A stretch of 47,684 nucleotides of DNA. Origin: Hadesarchaea archaeon. Its GTDB lineage: Archaea > Hadarchaeota > Hadarchaeia > Hadarchaeales > Hadarchaeaceae. Numbering within the stretch: position 1 is the first letter of the stretch; each line of letters starts with the position of its first letter. Below, piece after piece: positions 46,137 through 47,684 of this stretch. A program made the translations under genes and the position numbers. The notes beneath the pieces are model-generated. The model had not been told where the DNA came from. It searched no databases and worked only from the letters and a program-made list of their open reading frames with translations. Location: contig JAUWBN010000006.1 of the NCBI GenBank assembly GCA_030601675.1, positions 1 through 47,684 on the forward strand, given 5' to 3'.

Positions 46137-46655
46137 CTAACTTCTTTCCAAAAGCTTCCGGATTTCAGCGTGAAGTATCTTAAAGCGCTCGAGTGCCGGA
46201 TGCGTTGCTCCCAGGTCCGATTTAAACCACTCCAAAGCACCCTCGTAAGAAGTCGTGCGGTGCCCCATCGCGAGCTTGTCGGCATAGGTGACGACTTTCT
46301 CCTCGAGCGTGCGGGGCATGAAATCCCGCGCTGGGAGTCCGAGCTCCCTCGCCTCCTCGGCTGGAATTCCGGCACCCAAATGACACTCGGCGAACCGCGC
46401 AAATTTGTTTAACTTAAGGCCCCGCAGGATCTTGGCCCCTTCGACCCCATGCCTGATGCCGTGCGTCCGAGCCCGCCCGATGTCGTGCAGCAATGCACCC
46501 AGACTCACGAGGCGCAGGTCGAGCTTGTGACCATTCGCACGAATTCGCCGGGCGAGCCTTAGAGAAATCCGCTCAACGGCAAGCGAGTGCTGAATAACTT
46601 CTCTCGAACAACCAACCTCGTGCAGAGTGCGAAGCGCTTCCTCGCGACCGAACAA
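46137..46655 (-). CDS. HD-domain (HDIG) metal-dependent phosphohydrolase
   Basis: HS..V, ALLHDIGR, HG..GA, HLGAG and P.TLEEK.V.YADK. Confidence 0.9.
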   Translation of the reverse strand: MFGREEALRTLHEVGCSREVIQHSLAVERISLRLARRIRANGHKLDLRLVSLGALLHDIGRARTHGIRHGVEGAKILRGLKLNKFARFAECHLGAGIPAEEARELGLPARDFMPRTLEEKVVTYADKLAMGHRTTSYEGALEWFKSDLGATHPALERFKILHAEIRKLLERS

Positions 46656-46811
46656 CTAGCTCACCATTGGTTAGGAATAGGCAATACCACTTATTTCTTT
46701 TCTTTTTGGCGGTAAACAGTTATCAACACGCACTGAAAAATTAAAGATCACCACTCCCGTGAGCCACAAATGGTTTAAATGTGAACCGCCGAATTTCTAA
46801 GGAGGCAATAA

Positions 46812-47684
46812 GTGAGGACCGAGAGTTTTAGGCGTGGGCTGGGTTCTATCTTGCTAGTTTCTGTGATAGTGTTTTCGATGACTCTCTCGATGACATGTGT
46901 AGCTCCACCAGTTCTCGCAGACGCGGTCATCTCCTACCCGGGACACCAGCTGCAGCCGCAGAACATCTTCGATGTCCCCCAAGGTCATACCTTCACCCTC
47001 AGACATAGGCTGGCGTGGGACGAGCCAAGTGAGTCCGGATACTGTATGGTCGTAATCTACTGGGACTACTTTGGCGGCAATGCGTATCACTTCACCCTCG
47101 AGGGTGCGGTCGCGTACTTCGATGATGATGGCGACAACTTGCCTGACCCAGGCGTTGCCATGATCGATAACACAGTGCAAACAAGAGACAACGGGACCAT
47201 GTACGTAATCGGCATGTCAAACACGGCCGGAGATTGGAGGGATGGGGAATTCAATGTCGACATAACGCTACGCGCGAGCGGGCCCGATGGCACTCCCCAC
47301 GCAGCCACGGATAATCATCCGATCTATTACGCTATTGTACAAAGCCTCGAATCCGTCCCGCCAAGCACCGCAGTCCCGTTAGTCACCGTGCGGGTGCTCG
47401 GCCGGGGCATAGCCGTATCGATCTCGCCTGGTTACCAGGGCGGGGAGCCCGGGGCGACGCTAAGCTACGCCGTCACAGTGAAGAACACGGGGATCGTCGA
47501 GGACAATTATGATTTAATTGTTACGGATAGTGTCGGCTGGGGCCCATCGCTCTCTGAAAATCGATTTGAAAACGTGGCGCCTGGCGAGGACAGGGTGGCT
47601 ACGTTGAGCGTCATCATACCAAGCGACGCGCTGTCGGGCATGGAGGACAGTATGACCGTCACCGCGATCTCGCAGTCGGATCCG
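46812..47684 (+). CDS. Secreted/cell-surface protein with signal peptide and Ig-like (NEW3/COG1470-like) domain, 3'-truncated; not in the supplied ORF track
   Basis: GGAGG RBS at 46801 and a GTG start; MRTESFRRGLGSILLVSVIVFSMTLSMTCVAPPVLA-D; open for 291 codons to the window end; includes Y.VTVKNTG...D.Y.L...GW and V.PGE...TLSV.IP. Confidence 0.85.
   Translation, partial: MRTESFRRGLGSILLVSVIVFSMTLSMTCVAPPVLADAVISYPGHQLQPQNIFDVPQGHTFTLRHRLAWDEPSESGYCMVVIYWDYFGGNAYHFTLEGAVAYFDDDGDNLPDPGVAMIDNTVQTRDNGTMYVIGMSNTAGDWRDGEFNVDITLRASGPDGTPHAATDNHPIYYAIVQSLESVPPSTAVPLVTVRVLGRGIAVSISPGYQGGEPGATLSYAVTVKNTGIVEDNYDLIVTDSVGWGPSLSENRFENVAPGEDRVATLSVIIPSDALSGMEDSMTVTAISQSDP

Overview
Archaeal chromosomal segment, mostly GC-rich and housekeeping. 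Archaeal origin is shown by RadA, ABCE1, class I LysRS, archaeal ThrS and ProRS, pantoate kinase, 7S SRP RNA and BHB-type tRNA introns. A Hadarchaeota/MSBL1-like lineage is my impression only and was not tested. The window holds about 50 CDSs: four aminoacyl-tRNA synthetases, CoA genes (pok, coaBC, coaD), proline genes (proBA, proC), inositol-lipid genes, a ubiquitin-like/NcsA pair, SerK, a short XPF and a stand-alone CARF protein. It also holds six tRNAs (three with short introns), the SRP RNA and a frameshifted, truncated rqcH remnant. No CRISPR array, rRNA, transposase or integrase was seen. The main signal is a 1176-aa AglB/STT3-type oligosaccharyltransferase that keeps its catalytic acidic motifs but has EWSFG in place of the WWDYG motif that reads the +2 Ser/Thr of the sequon. 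In parallel, the predicted extracellular domains of five proteins show a strong excess of Asn preceded by Asp/Glu: 54 of 92 Asn by hand count, versus 3 of 49 in five cytoplasmic controls. Together these suggest, by inference only, a protein N-glycosylation or other Asn-modification system with a non-canonical [D/E]-N sequon.
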